DNA of 63,913 nt, counting the filler, from Octopus bimaculoides (lineage: Eukaryota): the NCBI RefSeq assembly GCF_001194135.2. It is 4 parts of 4 records of this genome, joined end to end, with 100 filler letters (N's around TTAATTAATTAA, not from the genome) between each part and the next. Parts side by side here need not be neighbours in the genome. Positions count along the whole stretch, not along the records: positions 1 to 16,377 come from NC_068985.1; 3 more parts are not named here. The stretch is one strand, 5' to 3'. The position numbers and the translations under genes were made by a program. The notes beneath the pieces were generated by a model. The model had not been told where the DNA came from. It saw nothing but the letters and a program-made list of their open reading frames with translations, and ran no database searches. This document shows, one piece after another, positions 1-13,149 of this stretch (positions are counted from its first letter, which is position 1; each line of letters opens with the position of its first letter).

Positions 1-40
<40 letters not shown>

Positions 41-203
41 GACGGGCTTCTTTCAGTTTCCGTCGACCAAATCCACTCACAAAGCTTTGGTTGATCTGAA
101 GCTGTAGCAGAAGGCACTTGCCCGTGGTGCCAGTCAGTGGGACTGAACCCAGAACCATGTCTTTGGTAAGCAAACTACTTACCACACAGCCATTCCTGCA
201 CCT
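41..203 (-). mobile_element. tRNA-derived SINE, 5' half (family A)
   Basis: Reverse complement reads ggaatggctgtgtggtaagtagtttgcttaccaaagacatggttctgggttcagtcccactg; same family as 15078, 18190, 22483 and 30719. Confidence 0.8.
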
Positions 204-679
204 ATATAATTATTAAAACTTTTAAAATCTATCTCATTCTTACTTGCATACATAGATTGAGGATGAAGACAATGGTAGTGAGATCACTACCATTTTAATC
301 ACTGCCACATTTCAATAATATTTTATTTTTTCAATATTTTAAAATTATATATTTAACTTGTAGAAAATGTGAAGTAAATATATTTTCAACTTGTTATTAC
401 TATTTGATTGACTCCAGTACAAATGTTACAAAAGTTATGAGAATAACTTCTACCCTGACTTTAATATTTTAAAATTCTAGATAGATAAGCCATGTAAACT
501 TCAAAATAAGTGGAATGACTATAAATAACACATAGTAAGTGTTTTGTGAAGTAAATAAGATTTTGTGTGTATATATATATAGTGCAGATGGTATTCATTC
601 ATGAGATGACAGGAAAAAAAAAAACAGTGTTTTTATTTTTTGAGATAGTTTATCTTCATAGCATGTTTAATCGACTTCA

Positions 680-880
680 CTCAATGAACTTGCCTTTTGC
701 CTTGATGACAGCCTCCAGACAGGCTCAGAACCAGCCACAGGCCTTGTTCACTCTCTCCCATTTTAGACTCTTGAAGGCCTTAGTAATCCTGGTCGTCAGC
801 TCATTCTTTATGTTGCAGCTGAATTTGTTGGTCTCTCGTATCTCCATGCCCCACACAAAGTAGTGGGGTCAGTTGATCGG
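680..880 (-). mobile_element. Tc1/mariner (maT-like) transposase C-terminal remnant
   Basis: Manual translation HYFVWGMEIRETNKFSCNIKNELTTRITKAFKSLKWERVNKACGWF*ACLEAVIKAKGKFIE*, homologous to 50660-50968. Confidence 0.75.
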
Positions 881-1189
881 TAGGTCAGTGCCTAACCTAG
901 ATCCAAGGCTTCTTCATTGGAATTTCAACAACAATAACAGGATATTTTTCTATGTATATGTGCAGATTTGTATGTTTTTGTTTTATGTATGTATTCGCAT
1001 GCATATAGTTACATGTCTAGACATGCTCATATACACTTAAATGATAAACTTCTGGAAAGTTTTTCAGAGTTTTACAGTTCCAGTGATGACTTGGATCTGT
1101 AATCTTCAAGTCAGTTTTCTCCAGTCTGGTTTTGGGGAGCCCAATTTCTCAACATTGGTACTTAGGCAGTGATTGGTACTTATTCTATT

Positions 1190-1950
1190 CCCCCAATAAT
1201 TACAGGTATAAACCTGAACATGTAATCTGGATAGAATAATTGTAGATTTCTCAATAGTTAAGTGTAGATATTTTCATTTTTGTTGGTTAACATCCACTGG
1301 ACAGCTGATTTCCACAACTTTACAGTTTCTCTTCTCTGTCCCAAATTACTATATCAAGTGTGTTATGTTAACATTTTATTGAGGTTTTGACTGGGACATT
1401 CCACCAGTGCTCCTTTTTGTTATGAGTAGTTATGGCTCTACCATATTGTGGGTTCTTATTTCTTTGGCCTCAGGGTTATCCTTCCAACGGATCTCATTAT
1501 ACAGTGTCTTAGCTACATCATGTCTCATCAGTAGATGGCATTTTCAGATAACTGCTTAGGTTGTGGGTGATATCTTTGGTGTTAACTCCACAAAGTTTGC
1601 ATTGGTTATCACATTTTGCTGCTTTTCCTGCATCTTTATCTTTTTTGTGCATCAGGTATTTTGTTGATATTTCCTGTTCCTGGATTGCAATTGCATATCC
1701 TTCAAAGTAGGAGTTAGTAATCTGGTTGTTGATCCATGATAGACTGCTTTGAGGATCAATGTTACTATCATCCTGGAGTTTTCTACTGACATATTCATGC
1801 ATGTTTTCTGCTGATAAACGTTCATCCTTTCATCAGATGATATGTTGCAGTAAAGTTTTGCGACTTCTTTGGGCATATATTTAAGGTTATCAGACAAGTA
1901 ATACTGCTCAAGGAGCTGCCTTCCAAGTCTCATTATGTTATTAGCCTCGT
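1190..1950 (-). mobile_element. R4/Dong-like non-LTR retrotransposon 3' fragment (zinc knuckle plus restriction-like endonuclease), degenerate
   Basis: AIQEQEISTKYL...CKLCGVNTKDITHNLS (CCHC-type knuckle), followed by WWNVPVKTS...DIVIWD...VVEISCP-like residues; frameshifted. Confidence 0.7.
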
Positions 1951-2115
1951 GTATGCAAACTTGGTCAAAGGATGCACTTCGACACTTGGTGGCTGAAAGA
2001 TGTTGCCAAAGGGATGTGATACGACATCCACAGGCAGTCTGGGTTGATGTTAAGCCTGGATTGATGATGATGATGATACATATATATATGTATTTATACA
2101 TATATATGTATACAT

Positions 2116-2146
<31 letters not shown>

Positions 2147-2419
2147 CACATATATATGTATACTAGCTGATGTACCTGGTAATTCCTGGAACAACAGGGC
2201 TTATCCCTTGGTTCCATTCTCATAATTGTTCTGTCTTCAGAAGTGGAGCCATCGGGTGGATGTACACTGTGCACCCTAATCAACAGGAGTGCTTCTTTCT
2301 GCATTAGACAGGTACTAATTAGGTAGCCTTTAAAATGGTTTTTGTGCATTTACAGAGAATACCGAACTGTCTTACACAGGAACTTGTTTTTAGGAATTCC
2401 TAATAAGTTATGAAAACCC

Positions 2420-3140
2420 AAATTGTGAAGTCAGTTATGTAATAACCAAACGTGGAATTGCCTTGACCTCCCACTTGGTAAGTAGTTTGCACTTGGGTGT
2501 CCAGGTCAAGTAATGCCTCATTGTAAATGGTGTTATTGATTGTGGCAATTTCTGTTGAGGTTTGCCTTTAAATCCTTTCTAGATGTCCTCTGCCATGCTG
2601 GTTTTGTGGATCACCCAAAGCTTGTGAGGTTCATGCAAGCTACATGTAATCAACATGGTGGAAAATAGCTGATGCAGTTGACTTAGTGCTATGCTGACTG
2701 CTGCCTCCTCCACTGTCTGGTCCCAGTGAGCATTGTCCTCCAGTAGTCCATGTTTGGCGCAGGCTTCTCTGTAGGTCATGCACACTTCCCCATTGTGTCT
2801 TCGAAAGTCTGTGAATGATGGAGAACCTCTGACAGTGTGCAGCAGTAGATGCAGAAAGAAGCACTCCTGCTGATTACGGTGCACAGTGTACATCCGCCCA
2901 ATGGCTCCACTTCTGAAGACAGAATCTTCTTCCCAGCCCTCAACGTGTGCTCCTTGCTTACGTCTGTTCCATTTATTGTGTGTCCAGGTATAGTACAGGG
3001 GACCTCTACATGCAACAGTGTTTAGACAAACAGATCACATTGGCATAATTTGAAGGAAGCTGTCAAAGTGGTTTTTGATGCATTCAGAACTAGGTTTTGA
3101 GCATTGTCTTCTATGAAATATACATGCTGGCCATTTTCAA
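2420..3140 (-). mobile_element. Helitron RepHel fragment, degenerate
   Basis: VHLENGQ-VYF...KTTLTA, EVP, and YTVHRNQQECFFLHLLLHTVRG-SF...TYREAC...GLLED-AHWD...LW--HK-SMAEDI are typical RepHel motifs. Confidence 0.85.
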
Positions 3141-3671
3141 GATGTACAGATAGATTTTAAGGTGTTCCTACATGTAAACAGGGTGTGACATTTGTGATCA
3201 CAGTGCATTTGTCTAAAAGCAGAACAGTTCTTCATGCAGCACTTGTCAATTGGCTGAAGTGACATGAAAGACTTCGTCATTCATTGTATATTTATGAATA
3301 AGTCACTAACCAAAATAAGTGGATCTATTGTTTAGGAAAATACTATTAACTTGTTTAAGGGTTGTACTGGATAAATTGTGAAAATAACTCTAACAGTTCG
3401 AATATCAAGAAATAAGCATACTCAACTTGATTTATACCAAATAATACAGGAAATTGGATGGATTATTTCCCTTGGTTGTTAAAATAAAATATATTGGTTA
3501 TATATATGGATCCCTTCTAAGGGCCCTAGCCATCCAATTATAGATTTTTATTAAACTTCAATGAGCTTAGTAACAAACTGGACGTTACTTTAACATGTTT
3601 ACAAAGTTTCACGAAAATTCGTTAACAGGTGTAGATGGCAACTTGACACAAACAAACATATAAATAAGATA

Positions 3672-3716
<45 letters not shown>

Positions 3717-4051
3717 GAATTAATTACCAACAAAAATAATTGGTAAGCTAACTCAAAAAATCATCCAAAATAGCAGNNNNNNNNNNNNNNNNNNNNNNNN
3801 NNNNNNNNNNNNNNNNNNNNNNNNNNNNNNNNNNNNNNNNNNNNNNNNNNNNNNNNNNNNNNNNNNNNNNNNNNNNNNNNNNNNNNNNNNNNNNNNNNNN
3901 NNNNNNNNNNNNNNNNNNNNNNNNNNNNNNNNNNNNNNNNNNNNNNNNNNNNNNNNNNNNNNNNNNNNNNNNNNNNNNNNNNNNNNNNNNNNNNNNNNNN
4001 NNNNNNNNNNNNNNNNNNNNNNNNNNNNNNNNNNNNNNNNNNNNNNNNNNN

Positions 4052-4089
<38 letters not shown>

Positions 4090-5564
4090 TGTGTGTATGT
4101 GTCTGTATGTATATGTACATATATTTTAATGTATATATATGATATTAAATTTATTTTGTAATTAAAACTTGTAACGGTACCCATCCATGCATTCTTTGCC
4201 TATAAGTAATGTACTGCACTTCCAATTGTTAAATGCACATATTTATCTATATATATTCTCAGATCTAAAAAGTGCATCTTCTGTAGTTGGATACTTTTCA
4301 CATACGTACAGAAGTATTTCAGTATATGATGCATAATAAATCAGACATAAGTATTTGATTATGATCTCTTCTATATATACATATCCTTTTTATATGATTT
4401 TTTTAATATATAGATATATTTTAGCAACCTAGATTTATTACTATTTTTACAACTATTTTTATTCAAATGTTTATAATATATTTAAATAATTTTCAAATAT
4501 TATAATTTTTATATATATTTTTCCGTAATGTATATTTGTTTTTGTAATATGATAATTTATGTTTATACCTACATCACCACTATAAAATTCAGGCGTATGT
4601 ATAAAAATTATTTCTGTACATATGTGTACATGGGTACAAGTGTTCAGTGTATAAGAGTGTCTCTTTATTACTGTCGTCTATAGGGTGCATATGTGGAATA
4701 TCATATGTTTCGGTGTCTGATTACTTTTTTGTCCATAATTGTCAGTGCATACATTGTATATGTGTATATATACAAGTATATACACATAATTGTTGGTTTA
4801 CTTGTACAAAAATCATGGTTTTTTTAATATATACATATTTGGTTGTACCAGTATCAACATATACAGACCTCTGTATGTTTAACTGTATATGACACATGAA
4901 AAAATTGTTTTTGAATAACCATATCCATATACATATAATGCCAATATTTAAAATTTTTTTAAATTTTCCAATCTCCTAGCAGATATAAACTAGACCATTT
5001 TTTCCCCCTTATTTATTATCTCCCCTACACTAGTCAACTTTCGATAATATTTACTTTCTCTAAAATTATTCTCTAATCTTTCCAATATATATTTTTTATA
5101 TACCATTCTGTAGATGTTTTATAGTTTTAGCAGCAAACATTGTAAGTAAAATACCCCACTAATCTTCGTATATTTATTTATTATCCTTATAATTTTTATA
5201 CTTTTCTTATATTGTCGTATTAACCACCTATTAGTATCTGATTTTTATTGCTTTAATTATTTTCTGTAGACTATCTCCTATATTTCTGACATATTATTTA
5301 CATAGATATTCTATTGTAAAGTTTTACACCACTAACTATTTATGAGGGCTTAAACATTTTTTCTAATTTATAAAAAAGCCGAAATGATTATTAACGGTCA
5401 AATATAAATTTCAGTCTCTTGTATTTAAAAATTCCATACTCCCTCATTTGGATTTTCAACCCCACTTGCTTCTTACTACTTATATGGAGTTTAAAATTAG
5501 CTCGTTTACACTAATCTACAGAGAGAAAGTTTCCTATATTTCCATGTTATATATATCATCACCT

Positions 5565-5946
5565 GTGGAGGCGCAATGGCCCAGTGGTTAGGGCAGCGGA
5601 CACGCGGTCATAGGATCGCGGTTTCGATTCCCAGACCAGGCGTTGTGAGTGTTTATTGAGCGAAAACACCTAAAGCTCCACGAGGCTCCGGCAGGGGATG
5701 GTGACGAACCCTACTGTACTCTTCCACCACAACTTTCTCTCACTCTTACTTCCTGTTTCTGTTGTGCCTGTAATTCAAAGGGTCAGCCTTGTCACACTGT
5801 GTCACGCTGAATATCCCCGAGAACTACGTTAAGGGTACACGTGTCTCTGGAGTGCTCAGCCACTTGCACGTTAATTTCACGAGCAGGCTGTTCCATTGAT
5901 CGGATCAACTGGAACCCTCCTCGTCGTAACCGACGGAGTGCCAACA
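5565..5946 (+). mobile_element. Full-length tRNA-derived SINE (family B) with a 12-bp target-site duplication
   Basis: A box TGGCCCAGTGG, B box GGTTTCGATTCCC; flanked by atatcatcacct at 5553-5564 and 5947-5958. Confidence 0.88.
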
Positions 5947-7249
5947 ATATCATCACCTAACCATTACCCGTTAGTTGTGTTTTAAATAGACATGACTCTT
6001 AGAACAGTTACACATTAAAAATTAGTAAGAACACAATACCCATGTAATTCTAAAGTCTACCTTTTTCTTTATTAAGTTCTTATTATTTCTTATTGTGCTA
6101 CTGATGAGTACTCTCTGACAACTCAGATTCTTAAAATGAATTTATTGTCTTTCTGTATGAAACAATCGTCTAGCGAATTGAATAAATACTTCATCCCATA
6201 TTAACATCTAATCTCCTCCATTTATGAAAAATATGATTCAATTTGTCGAACATCATTCTGAACATCATTCTTAATATACTTATATAACTTTTCATATCTA
6301 CGCCATTTTACACCAATAAATCCAAAGTAAAGTATGAAGAAACTACATTAGAAATCTTTTGGAAACTACTCCAAGTAAAGGCCGAGTTCTCATTCAACAC
6401 TTTTTTTATAATATATACCACCCGGTTCACCAACTCCACCCCCTAACCCTAACTCTATATAAACCAGCTCAATGCTCTGCTTCCCCTAATAGAGTTTGAA
6501 TTCCTCTGCTGATACAATATGAAATTCAGAAGATGAACAGAAAGAATTTTATCCTTGCAACCTCATTCATGTACTCCTGTTTCTGCGTAGATCATAACCC
6601 TGTCCCCCCCCATTCGTTCTTTATTATCTATCTATTTCTTTACCATATAAACATAGCCCGATAGATTTGTCTTCCTTGTTTCTCTTAAGTTCATGCATAT
6701 CCATTAACCATCACATTTTATTTATTTTATTTTATTCAAGTTTATCATTTCTTTAATTCATTCTCTCTAAATTTGTCTACCATAGTATAAAAGTGCAGAA
6801 GTTGCTCTCGCCCAAACTCACCGGCATTTGCTGTTTCATTAAATTCTGTTTCCCAGAATCCCAAAAATATTTTACACTTCTGTCTCACGATTTCAGCATT
6901 TGCTGTTTCATTCAATTATGTTACCGAAAATCCCAAAGAATATCCTCCTAAGTTTATCATTTCATTAATTTATTCTCCCTAAATTTGTCTACCATAGTAT
7001 ACAAGAGCAGAAGATGCTCTTGCCTAAACTTGCTGGCTCACGGTACGCCCACCCCTCCACCTTTACCAGAAGTTCCTATCCTCTGTCATCCTTGGTTGTC
7101 TCCCGCGAAGACTTCTCAGAGCCTAATGCCATCCCCATCCCTACCTAGGGTTTATCAATCATATAGCGCATAAAAGTGGTGTAGTGTAAGCAGGTTGTAG
7201 GCTATTGCTTGTTTATGAATTCTGCCAAATGCAAGCTTTCTTTTCAGGT

Positions 7250-10102
7250 ACATGACACTGCTGTCCCTCATCCTAGGGTCTCACAGGCCCACACCTCTCA
7301 CACCCTCAGAGTTGGCACACTCAATGTTGGCACATTGAAAGGTAGGTCTGGTGAGATTGTTGAGATGCTTGAATAGAGACATGTAGATTTCTGCTGCATC
7401 CATGAAGCAAGGTGGAGAGGAGGTTCCGCTAGGTCCTCACAAGCAAAGAACACAGGTACAATATTTTCTGGGCAGGGAACACAGATGGGGTCGGGGGCAT
7501 GGGTATACTTCTTGTGGAGAAATGGGTGGATAAGGTAATTGAGGTAGTCAGAGTATGCAATAGAATACTTAAGATTAGATTAGTCCTTTATCATGGGTTA
7601 GCAACCATTATCTCCGCCTATGCCCCTCAGCCGGGGTTACCCGATGGGCAGAAAGACTGATTTTATGACACTCTCTTTCAGACTACCTCATTGATGAATG
7701 ATAGGGACCTTCTTTTTGTGGCTGGTGACTTCAGTGGACATGACATGTTGGACAACATACAGGGGGCTTCCATGGCGTACATGGAGGCTAAGGTTTTGGT
7801 TCCTGCAATGAGGAGGGAACCAGACTGCTGGAGTTCTGTGATGCAAATGATCTTATGGTTTGCAATACCAACTTCAGGAAACCTGCCTGTCACCTAGTCA
7901 CCTACCGATCCGACAGACACACTAGCCAAATTGACTACATCCTCGCCAGAAAAAGGGAAGGAGGACTGCTTATAAATGCCAAAACCTTCCCAGGCGAAGA
8001 ATGTACCCCTCAACACAGATTAGTAGTTAGCGACTTCGGGATCAGGGCTAAATAGATGCCCAGAAGTAGACCAGCTTGGAGGAGAAGGGTCTGGAAGCTT
8101 AAAGATCCTGCAAATGGACAGAGATTTAGAGACATTACTCGAAGCCTTTGATGAAATAGAAGGGGATATAGCATCACATAATGTGGAAGACAACTGGAGG
8201 CTTCTACAGGACAACCTGCTGAGAGCCACTGACCAGATCTGTGGATGGTGCAAAGTCCTCTCTCGACCCAAAGTAACGTGGTAGTGGAACAATGTGGTTG
8301 ACAGGGCTATTAGACAAAAGAAACAGGCTTGGTTGGAAGGACTGGAAGAACGGAGGGAGCAAGACTGTCAGAAGGGAAGCTAAGAGACAGGTTTATTTAG
8401 CCAGATGGGAAGCAGATAAGAAAAAGTTTGCCAATGTCCTGCGCTGTGAGGACCAAAGACTTGAAGTATTTCGTGTTGCAAGACAGTGTGTGAAAGAGAA
8501 TCGTAATGTCGTGGGAGAGAAATGTGTCCGCATGGATGATGGCTCACTTGCACTAAATGTAGCTGCAAAAAGAGAGGTTTGGAGATGCCACTATCAAAGG
8601 TTGCTCAATAAAGAGAATGAATGGGAGAAAGAGAGTTTGCCGAATGTCGACCCAACAGAGGGACCAGCTATCCGAGTTGACAGTACCATGGTAGATAAAG
8701 CAATTATGAGTATGAAGACAGGGAAAGCCCCCGGCCCATCAGGAATCACTGCAGAGATGCTCAAAATATCTGGCAGTGTCGGCTATAGCCTAGTCACCCA
8801 TATTGTTAACCAGGTGATACACAAAGGAGTCATACCCAATGACTGGTGTAGCAGCACTATAGTCAACTATTACAAAGGTGAAGGTGACGCCTTAGATACA
8901 AACAATTACAGAGGTATCAAGTTGTTGGACCAGCTAATGAAGGTCATGGAGAGGGTCATAGCCCAACTAATTAGGGAGAGAGTCAGTTTAGATGAGATGC
9001 AGTTTGGGTTTGTGCCAGGGAAAAGCACCACTGATGCCATATTTCTGGTAAGACAGCTGCACGAGAAATACCTAGTGAAAGATAAACTTCTGTACCTGGC
9101 TTTCCTTGACATGGAGAAAGCCTTTGACAGGGTCCCCTATTCCCTTATCTGGTGGTCAATGAGGAAACTCAGGATAGATGAGTGATTAGTGAGAGCTGTG
9201 CGAGCCATGTAAGGTGAGGGTTGGCAACGAGTACAGTGAAGAATTCTGGGTAGAGGTAGGGGTCCACCAATGTTCAGTCCTCAGCTCCCTCTTATTCATC
9301 ATAGTCCTCCAAGCATTAACATAGGAATTCAAGACAGGTTGCTCCTGGGAGCTCCTCTATGCTGATGACTTTGCTGCAATTGCTGAGTTACTATCAGAAC
9401 TAGAGGAGAAGTTTCAGGTGCGGAAGCAAGGAATAGAATCGAAGGGCCTTAAAGTCAACTTAGCTAAAACCAAAGTCCTAATAAGTAGACAGGTAGACAA
9501 ACCACTAGCCCCTTCAGGTAGATGGCCCTGCTTGATCTGTAGAAAAGGTGTAGGTTGAAACTCTATAAGATGTACCCAGTGTAAGCTATGGACACATAAG
9601 AGGTGCAGCAATATCAAAGGAAGGCTAACTAGCAAGATAGTTTTTGTATGTGGCAGATGCGCAGGAGCAATAAACACTGGAAATGTGCAGAGAACAACTT
9701 CTTCCACATTTCAGGGAGAAAAACTAGAAGTAGTTGATAGCTTCCGTTACCTAGGTGAGGGTGTGCTGAAAGTGATCCAGAGGAGGGTGTGCTGAAAATG
9801 TAGCTGCTAGAATAAGAATAGCCTGGGCAAAGTTCAGAGAGCTCTTACCTCTGCTGGTGACAAAGGGCCTCTCACTCAGAGTAAAAGGCAGACTGTATGA
9901 CGCATGTCTATGAACAGCTATGCTACATGGCAGTGAAACATGGGCCGTGACTGCTGAGGACATGTGTAAGCTCACAAGGAATGAAGCCAGTATGCTCCGA
10001 TGGATATGTACTGTCAGTGTGCATACTTGATAGAGTGTAAGTACCTTGAGAGAAAAGTTGGACCTAAGAAGCATCAGTTGTGGTGTGCAAGAGAGACGAT
10101 TG
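7250..10102 (+). mobile_element. RTE-clade LINE, near full length (APE plus RT), inactivated; 3' end lost in gap
   Basis: APE start LRVGTLNVGTLKGRS...VDFCCI, GDF, QIDYIL. RT QFGFVPGKSTTDAIF, AFLDMEKAFDRVP, LYADD at about 9355-9369. Multiple stops and frameshifts. Confidence 0.92.
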
Positions 10103-10649
10103 NNNNNNNNNNNNNNNNNNNNNNNNNNNNNNNNNNNNNNNNNNNNNNNNNNNNNNNNNNNNNNNNNNNNNNNNNNNNNNNNNNNNNNNNNNNNNNNNNN
10201 NNNNNNNNNNNNNNNNNNNNNNNNNNNNNNNNNNNNNNNNNNNNNNNNNNNNNNNNNNNNNNNNNNNNNNNNNNNNNNNNNNNNNNNNNNNNNNNNNNNN
10301 NNNNNNNNNNNNNNNNNNNNNNNNNNNNNNNNNNNNNNNNNNNNNNNNNNNNNNNNNNNNNNNNNNNNNNNNNNNNNNNNNNNNNNNNNNNNNNNNNNNN
10401 NNNNNNNNNNNNNNNNNNNNNNNNNNNNNNNNNNNNNNNNNNNNNNNNNNNNNNNNNNNNNNNNNNNNNNNNNNNNNNNNNNNNNNNNNNNNNNNNNNNN
10501 NNNNNNNNNNNNNNNNNNNNNNNNNNNNNNNNNNNNNNNNNNNNNNNNNNNNNNNNNNNNNNNNNNNNNNNNNNNNNNNNNNNNNNNNNNNNNNNNNNNN
10601 NNNNNNNNNNNNNNNNNNNNTATATATATATATATATATTAAAGTGAAG

Positions 10650-11170
10650 AAAGCTGGTTTATGGGATTACCCTGGGTTTTCCCATCCATAAAGGGTTTAG
10701 TTTTATGGCGTATTGTCGGACCCCAAAACCTGTTAACCTAAGACCTCTTCAGAATATGGAGCAGGAAAAAACCTCGCTACAAAGGTAAACAACAAGGGAT
10801 TATCTCCCTTTGCCATTGACTATAAACTTTTGGCTGTGCTGCCATCTTGCGGGCCAAAAGGTAGCAGGACTTTCCTAAAATGTAAACATGGCCTGAAAAT
10901 CTCCATTCTGGAGTTAAGGTTTCTCCCTGGTTTGAGGGGGTCTTTTAGGATTCTCGTGCATTCAGCTATGCATAACTTGCAACACTTAGTCCCATTGATG
11001 TAGGGACCCTGGGTTCTCGAGGATTTTCCATGGGATTGAGTCTGGGATCCCATCATCTCTTAGTTGCCAGATGTGGCTGGCTAGCGATGTTACATATCTT
11101 CTTTCCAGAACCCTGAAGGAGGACCTATGGTTGGAAACACGTTGCTTGAGAGAATTCTCTGTGGACACGT
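10650..11170 (-). mobile_element. Penelope-like element 3' fragment (GIY-YIG C-terminal half plus terminal repeat)
   Basis: LKQRVSNHRSSF...TSLASHIWQL and TKCCKLCIAECTRIL...NLNSRMEIFRPCLH, followed by a decayed hammerhead-like motif at about 10700-10757. Confidence 0.8.
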
Positions 11171-13149
11171 GTTGTTGGTGCTGCACCTGTTCTGTTCTTG
11201 TTGCAGCTGTTGTTGCTGATATTTTTGTTGTTGAAAGTGGGGCTGCTGGTGTTGGCGTCACTAGAGGTGATAGTGGTGTCAATAATGTTATATCACCACT
11301 GCCGGTTATTGTGAATGTGCTGTTGTTGTTAATATTGTTGTCATTGTTGATACGTATGTGTGTGTCTATGTGTTTGTCCCCCACCACCACTTGACAACCA
11401 GTTTTGGTGCATTTATGTCCCCATAACTGATAGAACGAAGTACCAGGCTTAAAAAAATAAATACTGTGATCAATTCATTTCACTAAAATTCTTGAAGGTT
11501 GAGCCTTAACACGGCCATAGTAAAGATAATCTCAATAATACTAAAGCTCTAGAGATGTTTGTGTGTACCTGAAATATCTCAGAAATAGTATATTTTATCT
11601 TAAATTTTTTAAATATTTCTTTTCATACTTACCTTCAGCAGTGCAGTACAATTTTTTGTGATATTTGGACCTCTATTTAAATGATTAAACACAATTTTTG
11701 TTTGTTATTTCCTGACGAAAAACAAACAACACACATATGCACATACAGAATACTATAATGAATGTCATGGCATGTCAGTCAACACAAACACATGTCCTTT
11801 ATCTGTAACATATACACACACATAGTCTACGTGCTCTCTAAGAAAAAAAAACGACTTTTTGACATACACAATATTTTAATATTTAGAAATATTTTTAACT
11901 GAATGTGATTTCATCATCTGGAGTTCGTTAATTTCCATAAAAAATTTTCATTTATTTACTTTTGTTTTAAAGTGGAAGATGTTTGTACATGTATATGAAA
12001 TGGACATGTATGTGTGAAAGAGAGAGTGAAAGAGAGAGAGAGAGAAAGAGAAAGAAAGTGAGTGAAAGGGTGTTTTATCATGTATAAGTACATATGTGTA
12101 CATCTTTTGTATGTATGTGCATGTGTGTGTGTGAGAGAGAGTGTTTGTGAGTGAATAAACGTGTGTGATATGTATGTATAAGTGGCACTCTTTCCCTCTC
12201 TCATATGCACACACACACACCCATCCATTTCATATACACGTTCATACATCTTTCACTTTCTCCTCTCTTTCACAGGTGATTTTCAGGATAAAAATTGTTA
12301 AAAAAGGTTTCTACTCATGCAAAATTCGCACAGAAAAGTTTTCAGAATTGCCAATATGGCCAGGGGGAAAAGGTTTTCAATTTAGTTGTATTTTGCATAA
12401 TTTCACTTACTTATGACTAGATTTTATTAAATTTCCATTAGATTTAAGCACTTAATTTTTCTGTAAATCCTCTTCTGACATTAAATGAGTCAACTTCTGG
12501 TTCAAATGTTTACATTTTGTAACTCTCTAAGAAAAAACAAAATGTTGGCAGTTCCACTTAAATAAGTCCAGAAGTTGGNNNNNNNNNNNNNNNNNNNNNN
12601 NNNNNNNNNNNNNNNNNNNNNNNNNNNNNNNNNNNNNNNNNNNNNNNNNNNNNNNNNNNNNNNNNNNNNNNNNNNNNNNNNNNNNNNNNNNNNNNNNNNN
12701 NNNNNNNNNNNNNNNNNNNNNNNNNNNNNNNNNNNNNNNNNNNNNNNNNNNNNNTATATATATATATATATATATATATATGCCCTCAACTCTAGGGTAA
12801 TGGGAGTGCCAGGATAACATATTGCATATCTTGAGCATTTTGAGACCTGATGGAGCCAAGACTGGTGGTTTATTTTTTCCACTCTGAAAGGATGAAAGGC
12901 AATATTGACCTCTGTAGTATTTTAACTGAGTATGGAGAGCTTGAATTAACGTCACAATAAAATCTATCTGATCTTCTTTTATGTTCATGTACACTTCTAC
13001 ATGTGTTTGTATTCTTGTGTTTTGTGATAATTTAGCCATTCATGTGTTCTGTTTGGAGGCTAACTGAAAAATAGTGAAGTTAATTCCAAATTTCAAAAAT
13101 TTCACCTTTCCAATGAGAGAATACAAGTAAACCATTCTTCCTCCCCCTC

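Noticed and set aside
4697-4746. Hammerhead-like CTGACAA...GAAACATATG on the minus strand
   Set aside because: Core mutated, stem II not pairable, cleavage site absent; at best a decayed relic.
5339-5392. TTTATGA-GGGCTT...AAGCC-GAAA-TGATTA on the plus strand
   Set aside because: Two core substitutions and no convincing stem I.
11633-11711. Minus-strand segment with strong acceptor and donor (ttttcgtcag...GAAG|gtaagt)
   Set aside because: Stops in all three frames; no supporting partner exons. It could only be a non-coding exon and cannot be supported without RNA data.
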